The notes under the pieces were generated by a model. The model was not told the origin of the DNA and searched no databases. It saw only the letters and a list, made by a program, of their open reading frames with translations. From contig CAINGB010000030.1 of assembly GCA_903848275.1 (NCBI GenBank), positions 1-58,902 on the forward strand: a DNA stretch of 58,902 bases, given 5' to 3'. A program made the position numbers and the translations under genes. Every line of letters begins with the position of its first letter. The first letter of the stretch is position 1. Source of the stretch: Candidatus Uhrbacteria bacterium (GTDB lineage: Bacteria > Patescibacteriota > Patescibacteriia > UBA9934). This document shows, one piece after another, positions 45,944 through 54,311 of the stretch.

Positions 45944-46240
45944 TTATGGGATGAGCACTTCGTTGTCCGCGGCGATGATTTGTTGAAAGTTGGGGCTGGT
46001 GTCGGCCCAGTCGGTGATGTCGACGCGAACTGGGAGATAGGACTCTGACATGGCGTCTTTGAGTTGACTGAGAACGATAGACGCTGTCGGAGTATCGCTC
46101 ATAATGCAGAGATCGATGTCAGAGTAGGGCTTTTTAGTGCCACGAGCTCGTGAGCCGTAGAGAACGACTTTGGTGTTAGGCAGTAATCTGGCGAAGATAT
46201 CGTTTATAATGATTACCCACTCCGGTTTTAAATCGATCAT
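45944..46240 (-). CDS. MNT-type nucleotidyltransferase (antitoxin of a HEPN/MNT pair)
   Basis: 98 aa; LYGSRARG...SDIDL minimal nucleotidyltransferase motif. Confidence 0.75.
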   Translation of the reverse strand: MIDLKPEWVIIINDIFARLLPNTKVVLYGSRARGTKKPYSDIDLCIMSDTPTASIVLSQLKDAMSESYLPVRVDITDWADTSPNFQQIIAADNEVLIP

Positions 46241-46689
46241 ACAGTTTTGGTTAATCGGCTTTGTATACCCGCCAACAGTTTAGCCGAAGCCGCTGCAAAA
46301 ATTGGGATAGTTGCGTAGATTGCCGCTGCCTTAACCTCGTCATAAGCATGACTAGTAATATTTCTTTTTTCACGGAAGTCAAACCAAGCACTCACATCAT
46401 CGATTAAGCCAACTTCGCCGCCAATGCGCAAAATATCACGAAAACCAAGTTCGTCGATAGTCTCTGGGCTAAAGCTGGTCACTTCTAGAAATCGCTTAAG
46501 AGTTTTGTGAGCTATCTCGTAAGTTAAAGTGAAACGTCGAATCGCAGCATCACGATTCAGCGATGCCTCAATCCGATTGTCGGTTTTTGCATCTAGAACT
46601 TCCTCTAAACTAGCCTGGTCCTTAGCGAAAATTGATAAATCGAGCTCATCTTTAAGCATACCCTTAAATAGTAACATAGGATAAAACAA
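46237..46689 (-). CDS. HEPN-type nucleotidyltransferase substrate-binding protein (HI0074 family); start uncertain
   Basis: 150 aa; RRFTLTYEIAHKTLKRFL and REKRNITSHAY (R.4-6H HEPN motif); 4-nt overlap with the MNT gene. Confidence 0.7.
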   Translation of the reverse strand: MFYPMLLFKGMLKDELDLSIFAKDQASLEEVLDAKTDNRIEASLNRDAAIRRFTLTYEIAHKTLKRFLEVTSFSPETIDELGFRDILRIGGEVGLIDDVSAWFDFREKRNITSHAYDEVKAAAIYATIPIFAAASAKLLAGIQSRLTKTV

Positions 46690-46705
46690 AAATCCCCCAT
46701 CCTAG

Positions 46706-46718
46706 CCAGCTGAGCTGG
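46706..46718. repeat. CCAGCTGAGCTGG palindrome, copy 3 (reverse-complement orientation)
   Basis: Context ctagccagctgagctggtccgg. Confidence 0.65.
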
Positions 46719-46748
46719 TCCGGAGCGAGGGATGATTGAGCGCAACTA

Positions 46749-47021
46749 TTATTCGCGTGGGCGAGCTGAGTTGACGCTGATGGTGCGACCACCGAACTCG
46801 GTCTGGTTGAACATGTCAACGGCCTTGTTCATGTCGGCTTCGTTCTCGAACTCGACGAAGGCGAAGCCGCGCTTCTTACCGGTTTCGCGGTCGATTGGCA
46901 TGAAGACCGAAACGACGTTACCAGCGGCCATAAAGTGAGCCTTGAGTTCTTCTTCCGTGGCTGCGTAAGGAACGCCACCGACGAAAACGCGTGTTGTGTC
47001 TGCCATACTGTGTGAGCCCAT
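46749..47021 (-). CDS. RRM-type RNA-binding protein (start 47021 or 47006)
   Basis: RNP-2 VFVGGV and RNP-1 KRGFAFVEF. Confidence 0.85.
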   Translation of the reverse strand: MGSHSMADTTRVFVGGVPYAATEEELKAHFMAAGNVVSVFMPIDRETGKKRGFAFVEFENEADMNKAVDMFNQTEFGGRTISVNSARPRE

Positions 47022-47174
47022 AAGGCTCGATTACTACTCCGTCGTTGACACTTCTGCTCGTTAGCACGGAGAAGTCACGGTACGGATGTTAAGCCTAAAC
47101 ACTATAACAAACCTAGAAAAGGTTGGCAAATTGCCTGTGTATAAAGATTTTTGGCGTCGATTAGCTAAATAAAG

Positions 47175-47180
47175 TACAAT
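47175..47180 (+). promoter_or_regulatory. -10 box TACAAT 9 nt before ATG 47190 (leaderless)
   Basis: aaagtacaatggtgtcaatATG. Confidence 0.45.
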
Positions 47181-47189
47181 GGTGTCAAT

Positions 47190-47876
47190 ATGATAGGAGC
47201 CTTTGCGATCTTCGTGTATATACTCAGCGTCTTGTGGCTGGGGGTGTTTGTTCTGAATAAGGAGCTGCGGAAAGAGATGATAATTCTCAGCGTCAGCGCA
47301 TTCTTCTTAGCGCCGGTGATTATTACCGTAAAGGGCGGTAATGCGGCCATGGTGGCGGAGCGCTTTGCGGGCGTGCACATGCTCGACTTGTGGTTCGCGT
47401 TTGTGGTGGCTGGTTTGGCGGGTAGCCTGTACCACGTCATTTTTGGTAAGCATTATCACCGTTTGCCCAAGATTAAGCAGGCTAAGAACGACGACGCCTT
47501 GGTGCAGATTTGGTTGATACGTTTATTCATCGGCGCTTTGGCCTTCATGTGGGGCATTGTCTTCTGTGCGGTGGCTTTTGATTTGACGCCAGCCCCGGCG
47601 GCTTTGGCGACAGCCGTGGTGCTAGCTTTGTATATATTGGCGCACCGGCATGATTTACTCGTCGACGTATTACTGTCGGGGTTGATAACTGGATTAGTAG
47701 CCTTCATGGCTGGTGCGATCGCGATTTTGGGCAGTACTCAAGGCTTTAGCAGTACGTTGATTGCGGAGCATGGTTATTTGTGGAATGTGCCCCTGGATTT
47801 GGTGACTTGGAGTGTGGCTTTTGGCTTGGCTTTAGGACCTATGTACGAATACATCCGTCGTCTAACCGTGAAATAG
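47190..47876 (+). CDS. hypothetical polytopic membrane protein
   Basis: 228 aa, about 6 TM helices; 1-nt gap to hsp20. Confidence 0.6.
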   Translation: MIGAFAIFVYILSVLWLGVFVLNKELRKEMIILSVSAFFLAPVIITVKGGNAAMVAERFAGVHMLDLWFAFVVAGLAGSLYHVIFGKHYHRLPKIKQAKNDDALVQIWLIRLFIGALAFMWGIVFCAVAFDLTPAPAALATAVVLALYILAHRHDLLVDVLLSGLITGLVAFMAGAIAILGSTQGFSSTLIAEHGYLWNVPLDLVTWSVAFGLALGPMYEYIRRLTVK

Positions 47877-47877
47877 T

Positions 47878-48255
47878 ATGAAGTCAACGTCGCCCGTAAA
47901 CGAGTTTTCTTTTGCTCAAAATGAGGGCCAATTAGCCGTGGATTGTATTGAGACACCGCGGGAGATAATCATTCGGAGTGCCATTGCTGGGGTGAAGCTT
48001 GAGGACCTGCATATTCACGTGACTGAGGACTTGGTGACCATCCGGGGTGAACGGAACTTGGCAAGCTTGCCGGCGCATAGTACGGTGCATTACAGTGAAT
48101 GTTTTTGGGGTGCTTTTAGCCGTTCGATCGTCCTCCCCTGCCGGGTCAAGACGGACGAAGCTGACGCGGTCCTCAAAAACGGAATTTTAACTATTACGAT
48201 TCCTAAAGCTTACGGCGACATTAAGCTCGCCGTACGAGAGGATTTAAATCCATAG
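47878..48255 (+). CDS. Hsp20/alpha-crystallin family protein
   Basis: 125 aa; alpha-crystallin domain ending AVLKNGILTITIPK. Confidence 0.8.
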   Translation: MKSTSPVNEFSFAQNEGQLAVDCIETPREIIIRSAIAGVKLEDLHIHVTEDLVTIRGERNLASLPAHSTVHYSECFWGAFSRSIVLPCRVKTDEADAVLKNGILTITIPKAYGDIKLAVREDLNP

Positions 48256-48256
48256 T

Positions 48257-50209
48257 ATGAACCTGATAAAGACGGAGAACGAGGAGAAGACCAGGAAGAG
48301 TCTTTATCAACGAGTTTGTATCATGTTGCCGACTAGGCGGACTTTCGCCGTGATGGGCGTCGGGCTGACGGTGTTTGTCGTCGTTTTCGGTTCGGCTGGC
48401 TTAGTCCAAGCTAATTACGCTGGACGAGTGTTGCCAGGCGTCAGCTTTGCAAATATTGATTTAAGCGGACTAGATCGCTTGGCAACGACGGAAGTGATTC
48501 AGAAGGCAGTCGACAAGATGCTCGACGTTGGGTTGACGGTGAGCGTAAACGGTAAGAGTCAGAATGTTCCACTGCGTTCGACTAGTATTGAAGCGGCTAG
48601 CGATATAATGACTGTCGACGTCAACAAAGCGGTTGACGCCGTGATGGCGGTTGGTCATGAGGCTGGGCCGTTCGGTTGGCTAAAGGCGCTCGTGGTAGCG
48701 ATTGCGCACAATACACCGGTTAATCCGAATGTAGTGACGGTGAATAGTGCTTTGGCTGAGGCGGAGATTATCAGTGCCTTCCCAGACGCGATAACAGCGG
48801 GCGTACCAACTGACTATAAGATAACGATGAAGAATAATGTGGTTAGCGTGACTGTGACACCGGGAGAAGCAGGGACAGGGCTCGATGTGACGTCAGCGCT
48901 CAATACTTTGTTGACTGACAGTTGGGATTTGTCGCTCAAGCCGCTGACCGTGGCTATAAAGAGTACTAATCCTACGGTTAATAAAAGCCAAGCCGAGAGC
49001 CTTGTCGATCAGGTAAAAGAAGCGATTAAGCAGGCACCATACACTTTGGAGTATGTTGCCGACATGGGGCAGATCGACAAGACCTGGCCAATTACTCAAT
49101 CTGAGTTGATGGACTGGTTGGTGCCAAGTATTGACGAGACTGGGGCACCTAAATTGAACCTCGATGCGGTACAAATGACCGACTTCTTGGCCGATGTACA
49201 TAGTCAGGTAGATGTGTCAGCTCAGGATGCCCGATTCCAGATTGATGGCGAAAAGGTCACGGAGTTTGCCGGCAGCCACAACGGCATTGCGGTGAATGAT
49301 GAGAAGACTATCGCGGCTATTGTTGATTATTTTACGAATAAAGTGCAGAGCACGATCTTGGTGGTGACAGATGTGACGGAGCCGAAGATTACGACTGGAA
49401 CGGTGAATAACCTGGGGATTACCGAGGTGCTGGGTGTCGGTACGTCGAGTTTTGTGAACTCGCCCGGTAACCGTTTGCTCAACATTCAGCACGGCGTCGA
49501 CAAGCTGAACGGTTTACTGATTGCCCCGGGCGAGACCATGTCACTGGTTGAGAAATTAAAGCCATTTACAATTGAGGACGGCTATTTGCCAGAACTCGTC
49601 ATTAAGGGCGATGAGATTAAGCCGGAAGTGGCGGGCGGCTTGTGTCAGATTGGCACGACGACGTTCCGTGCGGTGATGAATAGCGGCTTGAAGGTGGTGG
49701 AACGGCATAATCACTCGTTGGTGGTTAGCTACTACAATGACCCGAGCAACAACAACCCGGGTACTGATGCGACAATTTACGACCCGAACCCGGACTTTAA
49801 GTTCATGAACGATACACCGAACTACATTTTACTGGCGGCTGACATGAACCGCGGTGAGGGCATGCTGCGTTTTACCTTCTGGGGCACGTCTGACGGCCGC
49901 AAGGGGTCCTACACGCCGCCTGAGGTGCTGAGCTGGACTGGTTCTGGGCCGGCTGTGACGAAGGAAACCGACACGCTCGGTCCTGGGGTCAAGAAGTGCC
50001 AGGCGGCTCACCCAGGAGCCACGACAAACTTCACCTATAACGTGACTTACGGCGATGGGACAACACATACGGAAGACTTTTACTCGAGCTACCGGTCGTT
50101 GCCGCAAATCTGTTTGGTGGGAAAAGCCGCCGCGGTGTCAGACCCAGTGGTCACCGACGCACCGCCCACTGATGTCCCGGTGACCAGTGATGTGCCAGTG
50201 ACGCCATAG
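48257..50209 (+). CDS. VanW family protein with N-terminal TM anchor
   Basis: 650 aa; C-terminal GGLCQIGTTTFRAVMNSGL..ERHNHS VanW core. Confidence 0.75.
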   Translation: MNLIKTENEEKTRKSLYQRVCIMLPTRRTFAVMGVGLTVFVVVFGSAGLVQANYAGRVLPGVSFANIDLSGLDRLATTEVIQKAVDKMLDVGLTVSVNGKSQNVPLRSTSIEAASDIMTVDVNKAVDAVMAVGHEAGPFGWLKALVVAIAHNTPVNPNVVTVNSALAEAEIISAFPDAITAGVPTDYKITMKNNVVSVTVTPGEAGTGLDVTSALNTLLTDSWDLSLKPLTVAIKSTNPTVNKSQAESLVDQVKEAIKQAPYTLEYVADMGQIDKTWPITQSELMDWLVPSIDETGAPKLNLDAVQMTDFLADVHSQVDVSAQDARFQIDGEKVTEFAGSHNGIAVNDEKTIAAIVDYFTNKVQSTILVVTDVTEPKITTGTVNNLGITEVLGVGTSSFVNSPGNRLLNIQHGVDKLNGLLIAPGETMSLVEKLKPFTIEDGYLPELVIKGDEIKPEVAGGLCQIGTTTFRAVMNSGLKVVERHNHSLVVSYYNDPSNNNPGTDATIYDPNPDFKFMNDTPNYILLAADMNRGEGMLRFTFWGTSDGRKGSYTPPEVLSWTGSGPAVTKETDTLGPGVKKCQAAHPGATTNFTYNVTYGDGTTHTEDFYSSYRSLPQICLVGKAAAVSDPVVTDAPPTDVPVTSDVPVTP

Positions 50210-50224
50210 TTCAGGCGCGATATG

Positions 50225-50260
50225 ACTGTATACGTTGAGCGTATACGCTCAACGTATACA
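50225..50260. repeat. 36-nt perfect palindrome with three evenly spaced GTATAC hexamers
   Basis: ctgtatacgttgagcgta|tacgctcaacgtatacag, checked base by base. Confidence 0.9.
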
Positions 50261-50286
50261 GAAAACCAGCCGTAATTGGCTGGTTT
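50261..50286. terminator. bidirectional hairpin terminator
   Basis: aaaaccagcc gtaatt ggctggtttt. Confidence 0.75.
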
Positions 50287-50296
50287 TTCCTATTTG

Positions 50297-50322
50297 ACCA
50301 CGTCGGTCGCGACCGACGTGGT
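50297..50322. repeat. 26-nt perfect palindrome accacgtcggtcg|cgaccgacgtggt
   Basis: Checked base by base. Confidence 0.9.
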
Positions 50323-50340
50323 TGACCGCTGGTTCGCGCT

Positions 50341-50437
50341 AAACTGCAGTCAAGAAGATATACCCATTGCACTGGGATCAGCCGGAGCCGAAATCAGGTA
50401 ACAAAATATGTCCCCATGCTTGTCGTGACTGCAGTTT
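50341..50437. ncRNA. candidate structured RNA closed by a 12-bp long-range helix (identity unknown)
   Basis: aaactgcagtca (50341-50352) pairs with tgactgcagttt (50426-50437); no coding potential; strand unknown. Confidence 0.2.
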
Positions 50438-50486
50438 GCCGTTAATCAGCGTTCCTGACACTCGTGACTGCGGAAGGTAACATAGC

Positions 50487-50514
50487 AAAAAGAGCCTGTC
50501 AATAGGCTCTTTTC
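50487..50514. terminator. hairpin terminator downstream of clpP
   Basis: aaaagagcct gtcaat aggctctttt. Confidence 0.75.
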
Positions 50515-50528
50515 GTCGACTTTGGATT

Positions 50529-51119
50529 TTAGGCGGACTTGATGACCTTGTCGACTAGGCCGTACTTTTGGGCGTCCTTGGCACCCATGAACTTGTCGCG
50601 TTCCGTGTCGTCCGTGACTTTGGCCATGGGCTGACCAGTGTGCTTGGCGAGAATGGCGTTTAAGCTCTCTTTCATGAGCATAATGCGCTCAGCGTGGATT
50701 TTGATGTCAGTCGCCTGACCTTCGACGCCGCCCAGAACCTGGTGGATCATGACCTCCGAGTTCGGCAAGGCAAAGCGTTTACCCTTGGCACCAGCGGCGA
50801 GCAAGACGGCGGCCATACTGGCAGCCATACCGATACAGATAGTGCTAACGTCGGGGGCGATGAACTGCATGGTGTCGTAAATGGCGAGGCCAGCGGTAAC
50901 GGAGCCACCTGGAGAGTTGATGTAGATGGTGATGTCTTTGGTTTTGTCCTGGCTGGCCAAGAACAAGAGCTGGGCAATGACAGCGTTAGCGACACCGTCG
51001 TCGATAGCGGTACCCAAGAAGATGATGCGATCTTTGAGCAAACGGGAGTAAATATCGTAAGAACGCTCGCCCTGGGCGGACTTTTCGATGACGATTGGGA
51101 GCATGTAATCATTGCGCAT
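50529..51119 (-). CDS. clpP: ATP-dependent Clp protease proteolytic subunit
   Basis: 196 aa; GMAASMAA (Ser nucleophile), IHQVLGG; full-length ClpP pattern. Confidence 0.95.
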   Translation of the reverse strand: MRNDYMLPIVIEKSAQGERSYDIYSRLLKDRIIFLGTAIDDGVANAVIAQLLFLASQDKTKDITIYINSPGGSVTAGLAIYDTMQFIAPDVSTICIGMAASMAAVLLAAGAKGKRFALPNSEVMIHQVLGGVEGQATDIKIHAERIMLMKESLNAILAKHTGQPMAKVTDDTERDKFMGAKDAQKYGLVDKVIKSA

Positions 51120-51141
51120 AGTGGTAGTAAAGTAGCTGATA

Positions 51142-51822
51142 TTAGGTGTTTTGTAAAGTAATATTCCCCAGGTCGAGCTTGTGAATAGCGGTTGGGTTTA
51201 ATGATTTGATGACGTGCTCGTAGTGCGTAACAAGGAAAATGCCAGTACCTTGAGCGCGGAGTTTAGTGATGACTTCGATTAAGTAGCCGACGGCGTCGGG
51301 GTCGAGACCAGAGTCGGGTTCGTCGAGCAGGGCGTATTTGGGTTTGAGCATGAGGAGTTGGAGTAACTCGCTGCGCTTCTTTTCGCCGCCGGAGAAGCCT
51401 TCGTTCAAACTTCGTTTGGCGAATTTGGGGTCGAGGCGTAAGAGACCGAGGGCTTCTTGTAAGTCGCGTTCGAAGGGCAAAGTGTGAGGGCGAGTGCCGG
51501 TAATGGCTTCGAGGGAGGTACGGAGGAAGTCGTCCATCGGGACGCCGGGGACTTCTGGTGGGGCTTGGAGGGATAAGAAGAGGCCGGCTCGAGCACGTTC
51601 GAAGGTCGGTAATTTAGTGAGATCAATATCATCTAAAACGATTTCACCAGAAGTGACCTCATAGAGAGGGTTAGCCATGAGGGCATTCAAAAGCGTCGAC
51701 TTCCCTGCCCCGTTGACGCCAGAGAGAATGTGCAGCTCGCCGGGAGAGATCGATAAACTGACGCGGTTAATGATGGGTGTTTGGGCGCGGCTGACGGAGA
51801 GATTGTTAATGACGAGCGACAT
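51142..51822 (-). CDS. sufC: Fe-S cluster assembly ATPase SufC
   Basis: 226 aa; Walker [10 protein letters not shown], signature [18 protein letters not shown]. Confidence 0.85.
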   Translation of the reverse strand: MSLVINNLSVSRAQTPIINRVSLSISPGELHILSGVNGAGKSTLLNALMANPLYEVTSGEIVLDDIDLTKLPTFERARAGLFLSLQAPPEVPGVPMDDFLRTSLEAITGTRPHTLPFERDLQEALGLLRLDPKFAKRSLNEGFSGGEKKRSELLQLLMLKPKYALLDEPDSGLDPDAVGYLIEVITKLRAQGTGIFLVTHYEHVIKSLNPTAIHKLDLGNITLQNT

Positions 51823-51824
51823 AT

Positions 51825-52187
51825 TTATTTTAGAGCGGCGTTGAGAGCGCGGAGAGGCAGTAAGGCGCAGTCGAGGCGGCCAGAGGTAGGCTCGATGCCG
51901 AGGAGAGTTAGGAATTCTGATTCACTCGTCCCAGAAGCCCGGCTTAAGCCAGGCTTCTGGGTAAGATGCTCGGTTAGGAGTGAGGCCGATGCAGTTGAGA
52001 GGGCGCAGCCGTGGCCGTCCCATTTTGCTTCGATGATGAGATTGTCGACGATTTTTAAGAAGATATTGCAGACGTCGCCGCAAGTGGGGTTGGCGAGGCG
52101 GGCGGTGTGGGTGGCGTCGGCCAGAATGCCAAAGTTACGGGGATAGCGGGCGTGTTCGAGAATGTTGTCGCGGTAGATGGAGTCCAT
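51825..52187 (-). CDS. sufU: SUF system Fe-S scaffold SufU/NifU-like
   Basis: 120 aa; NPTCGD, GCALSTASAS, C-terminal R.DCA. Confidence 0.8.
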   Translation of the reverse strand: MDSIYRDNILEHARYPRNFGILADATHTARLANPTCGDVCNIFLKIVDNLIIEAKWDGHGCALSTASASLLTEHLTQKPGLSRASGTSESEFLTLLGIEPTSGRLDCALLPLRALNAALK

Positions 52188-52195
52188 AGCGGCGA

Positions 52196-53419
52196 TTAAG
52201 CAAGTTTCTGGCGGGCGGCTTTGAGGCCTTGAATGAAGCGAGCGATGTCTTCGGCCGTAGTATAGAGGCCGAGGCTGGCTCTGGCTACACCGGTCGGTGA
52301 GATGCTCGAGGTGAGTGGCATAGCGCAGTGATGGCCGGCACGGATGGCCACACCTTGTTCGCCCAGGATGGTAGCGAGGTCATGGGGATGGAGGCCGGGG
52401 ACGGTGAATGAAACGACACCGAGACGGTCGTTCATAGTTAACGAGCCGATGATGCGGACGTCGCCGAGAGACAAGAGGCCGACGATAAGTAAGCGGGTCA
52501 TTTCCTCTTCGCGGACGATGATGTTCGACCAGCCGAGGCTCGATAGATAACGACAAGCGGCGGCGAGGCCGATGACGCCAGGGATGTTCGGCGTGCCAGA
52601 TTCGAACTTCCAGGGCGCGTCTTCGTAACTCATAGCCGATGAGGTGACTTCGCGCATCATGCCACCGCCGAGATTCGAGGGGGTGAGCTGTTCGCCGAGG
52701 CTCTGCTCGATAAATAGAACGCCGACGCCCAACGGGCCATACATTTTGTGCGCAGAAAAGACGACGGCGTCAGCGCCCCAGGCTTTGACCGATAATGGGA
52801 GGTGCGGCACGTACTGAGCGGCGTCGACGATGACGAGAGCGCCGTGTTGATGAGCTAATTCGACGATGTCGGCGATGGGATTAACGGTGCCGAGGACGTT
52901 GCTGGCGGCGGTGATGACGACAATTTTTACGCGTTGGCTCAGCATCAACTTGAAGGTGGCAAGATCGAGGCGATAGTCGGCGTCGTGAGGGATCGTTGTG
53001 ATCATCGAAGCTCGTTCAGCGGCGATTTTTTTGAACGGCAAGAGGGCGCTGTGATGCTCCATGCTGCTGACGAGGATGTTGTCGCCGGGTTGTAGGCGAG
53101 GGCTGAGCATGGCGGCGAGCATTTGCAGCGAGGCGGTTGATCCGCTCGTAAACGATATTTCCTGAGGCTCGGCATTAATGAAAGTAGCGACTTCGGCGCG
53201 GGCAGCTTCGTAAGCGTTCGTTGCGAGTTCCGCTTCGGGGTAAAGGCCGCGGTGGACGTTGGCGCGGTAATTTACTTCGAAGTCGACCATGGCTTCGAGC
53301 ACCATCGACGGAAGCTGCGAGGTGGCGGCGTTATCGAGGTACGCTAAATTAGGCCGATTGCGAAAGATCGGAAAGTCGCGCTTGATGTCTTCGATGGTAC
53401 GACTGCCAGGTGTTTCCAT
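52196..53419 (-). CDS. sufS: cysteine desulfurase SufS
   Basis: 407 aa; SAHKMYGP (PLP lysine), RAGHHCA active-site loop. Confidence 0.9.
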   Translation of the reverse strand: METPGSRTIEDIKRDFPIFRNRPNLAYLDNAATSQLPSMVLEAMVDFEVNYRANVHRGLYPEAELATNAYEAARAEVATFINAEPQEISFTSGSTASLQMLAAMLSPRLQPGDNILVSSMEHHSALLPFKKIAAERASMITTIPHDADYRLDLATFKLMLSQRVKIVVITAASNVLGTVNPIADIVELAHQHGALVIVDAAQYVPHLPLSVKAWGADAVVFSAHKMYGPLGVGVLFIEQSLGEQLTPSNLGGGMMREVTSSAMSYEDAPWKFESGTPNIPGVIGLAAACRYLSSLGWSNIIVREEEMTRLLIVGLLSLGDVRIIGSLTMNDRLGVVSFTVPGLHPHDLATILGEQGVAIRAGHHCAMPLTSSISPTGVARASLGLYTTAEDIARFIQGLKAARQKLA

Positions 53420-53421
53420 AA

Positions 53422-54132
53422 TTACGAGTTCAGGAAGGCGTCGGCTAGAACTTGTTTACTGCTGACGTCGTCCAAGCCGCGGGATTGCAGATAAAACAAG
53501 ATGTTTTGGTCCGCGTGGCCGACGGTAGCTCCATGTTTGCACGAGACGTCGTCTGTGGCAACCTGGAGGACGGGGAGCAGATCGGCTTCGGCGGTGGTGC
53601 CGAGGAGGAGAGCGTCGAGGCGTTCACTGGCGACGGATCCGGCAGCGTTGGCGTCGATAATGATGGTGCCGCGGGCGATGGCTTTGGCGCCGTCGTTTAA
53701 GACGAGTTTGGTGGTCAGCTTAGAGGTGGCTTTGGCGAGATGGGTGACTTGGGTAAAGAGGTCAAGGTGACCAGCGACTTTTAAGGCGAAGCGTTCGGTG
53801 TAAGAAGTGTTAGCGGCGAGAGTGATGTGGTGAATACACCTGGAGTATTCACTGACAGTGCCAGTTAGAACAAGTTCGAGGCTCTGCTCGGCGGAAAGCG
53901 ATGAGGTGATTGTGAAAGACGTGTTCGGCGCTAAGGAAAGCGCGAGGTGGCCGAAACCGGTTATTGATAACTCGCCGGCGCCGGATAAAGTGACAGTTCC
54001 CTCCCCTGCTAGCGTCAAAGAGTTATTGACGAGGCTGCCGGCGCCTGAGAATTCGAGGCTTGGCGATGCAAAAACTACGCCGGTGTAATTGGCGTTGATG
54101 TTAAGGCCGTAGTTTTTGACTAAATTGGGCAT
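53422..54132 (-). CDS. sufD: Fe-S cluster assembly protein SufD (short form)
   Basis: 236 aa from MPNLVKNYG; C-terminal CKHGATVGHADQNILFYLQSRGL; the upstream part of the track ORF lies in a GC-rich spacer. Confidence 0.65.
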   Translation of the reverse strand: MPNLVKNYGLNINANYTGVVFASPSLEFSGAGSLVNNSLTLAGEGTVTLSGAGELSITGFGHLALSLAPNTSFTITSSLSAEQSLELVLTGTVSEYSRCIHHITLAANTSYTERFALKVAGHLDLFTQVTHLAKATSKLTTKLVLNDGAKAIARGTIIIDANAAGSVASERLDALLLGTTAEADLLPVLQVATDDVSCKHGATVGHADQNILFYLQSRGLDDVSSKQVLADAFLNS

Positions 54133-54311
54133 AGACTCATTTAAGGCCAAGGCTCGGGGTGCGAAAGTTCGTCGGGTCCTGCCGCTGCGGACCCCGCTGG
54201 GTGCTCGCAAGCTGCGCGCCCAAGCAGGGACCTCCCTTCGCGTCACCCGACTAGAGGCTTTTGGCCTGCCCCTCGCTACTTGGCCTTACAGGCTCGTAAC
54301 AGTTTACTCTA
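54133..54311 (-). other. 179-nt GC-rich structured spacer inside the suf operon
   Basis: aaggccaag (54142-54150) pairs with cttggcctt (54281-54289); several internal GC hairpins; no credible ORF. Confidence 0.5.
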
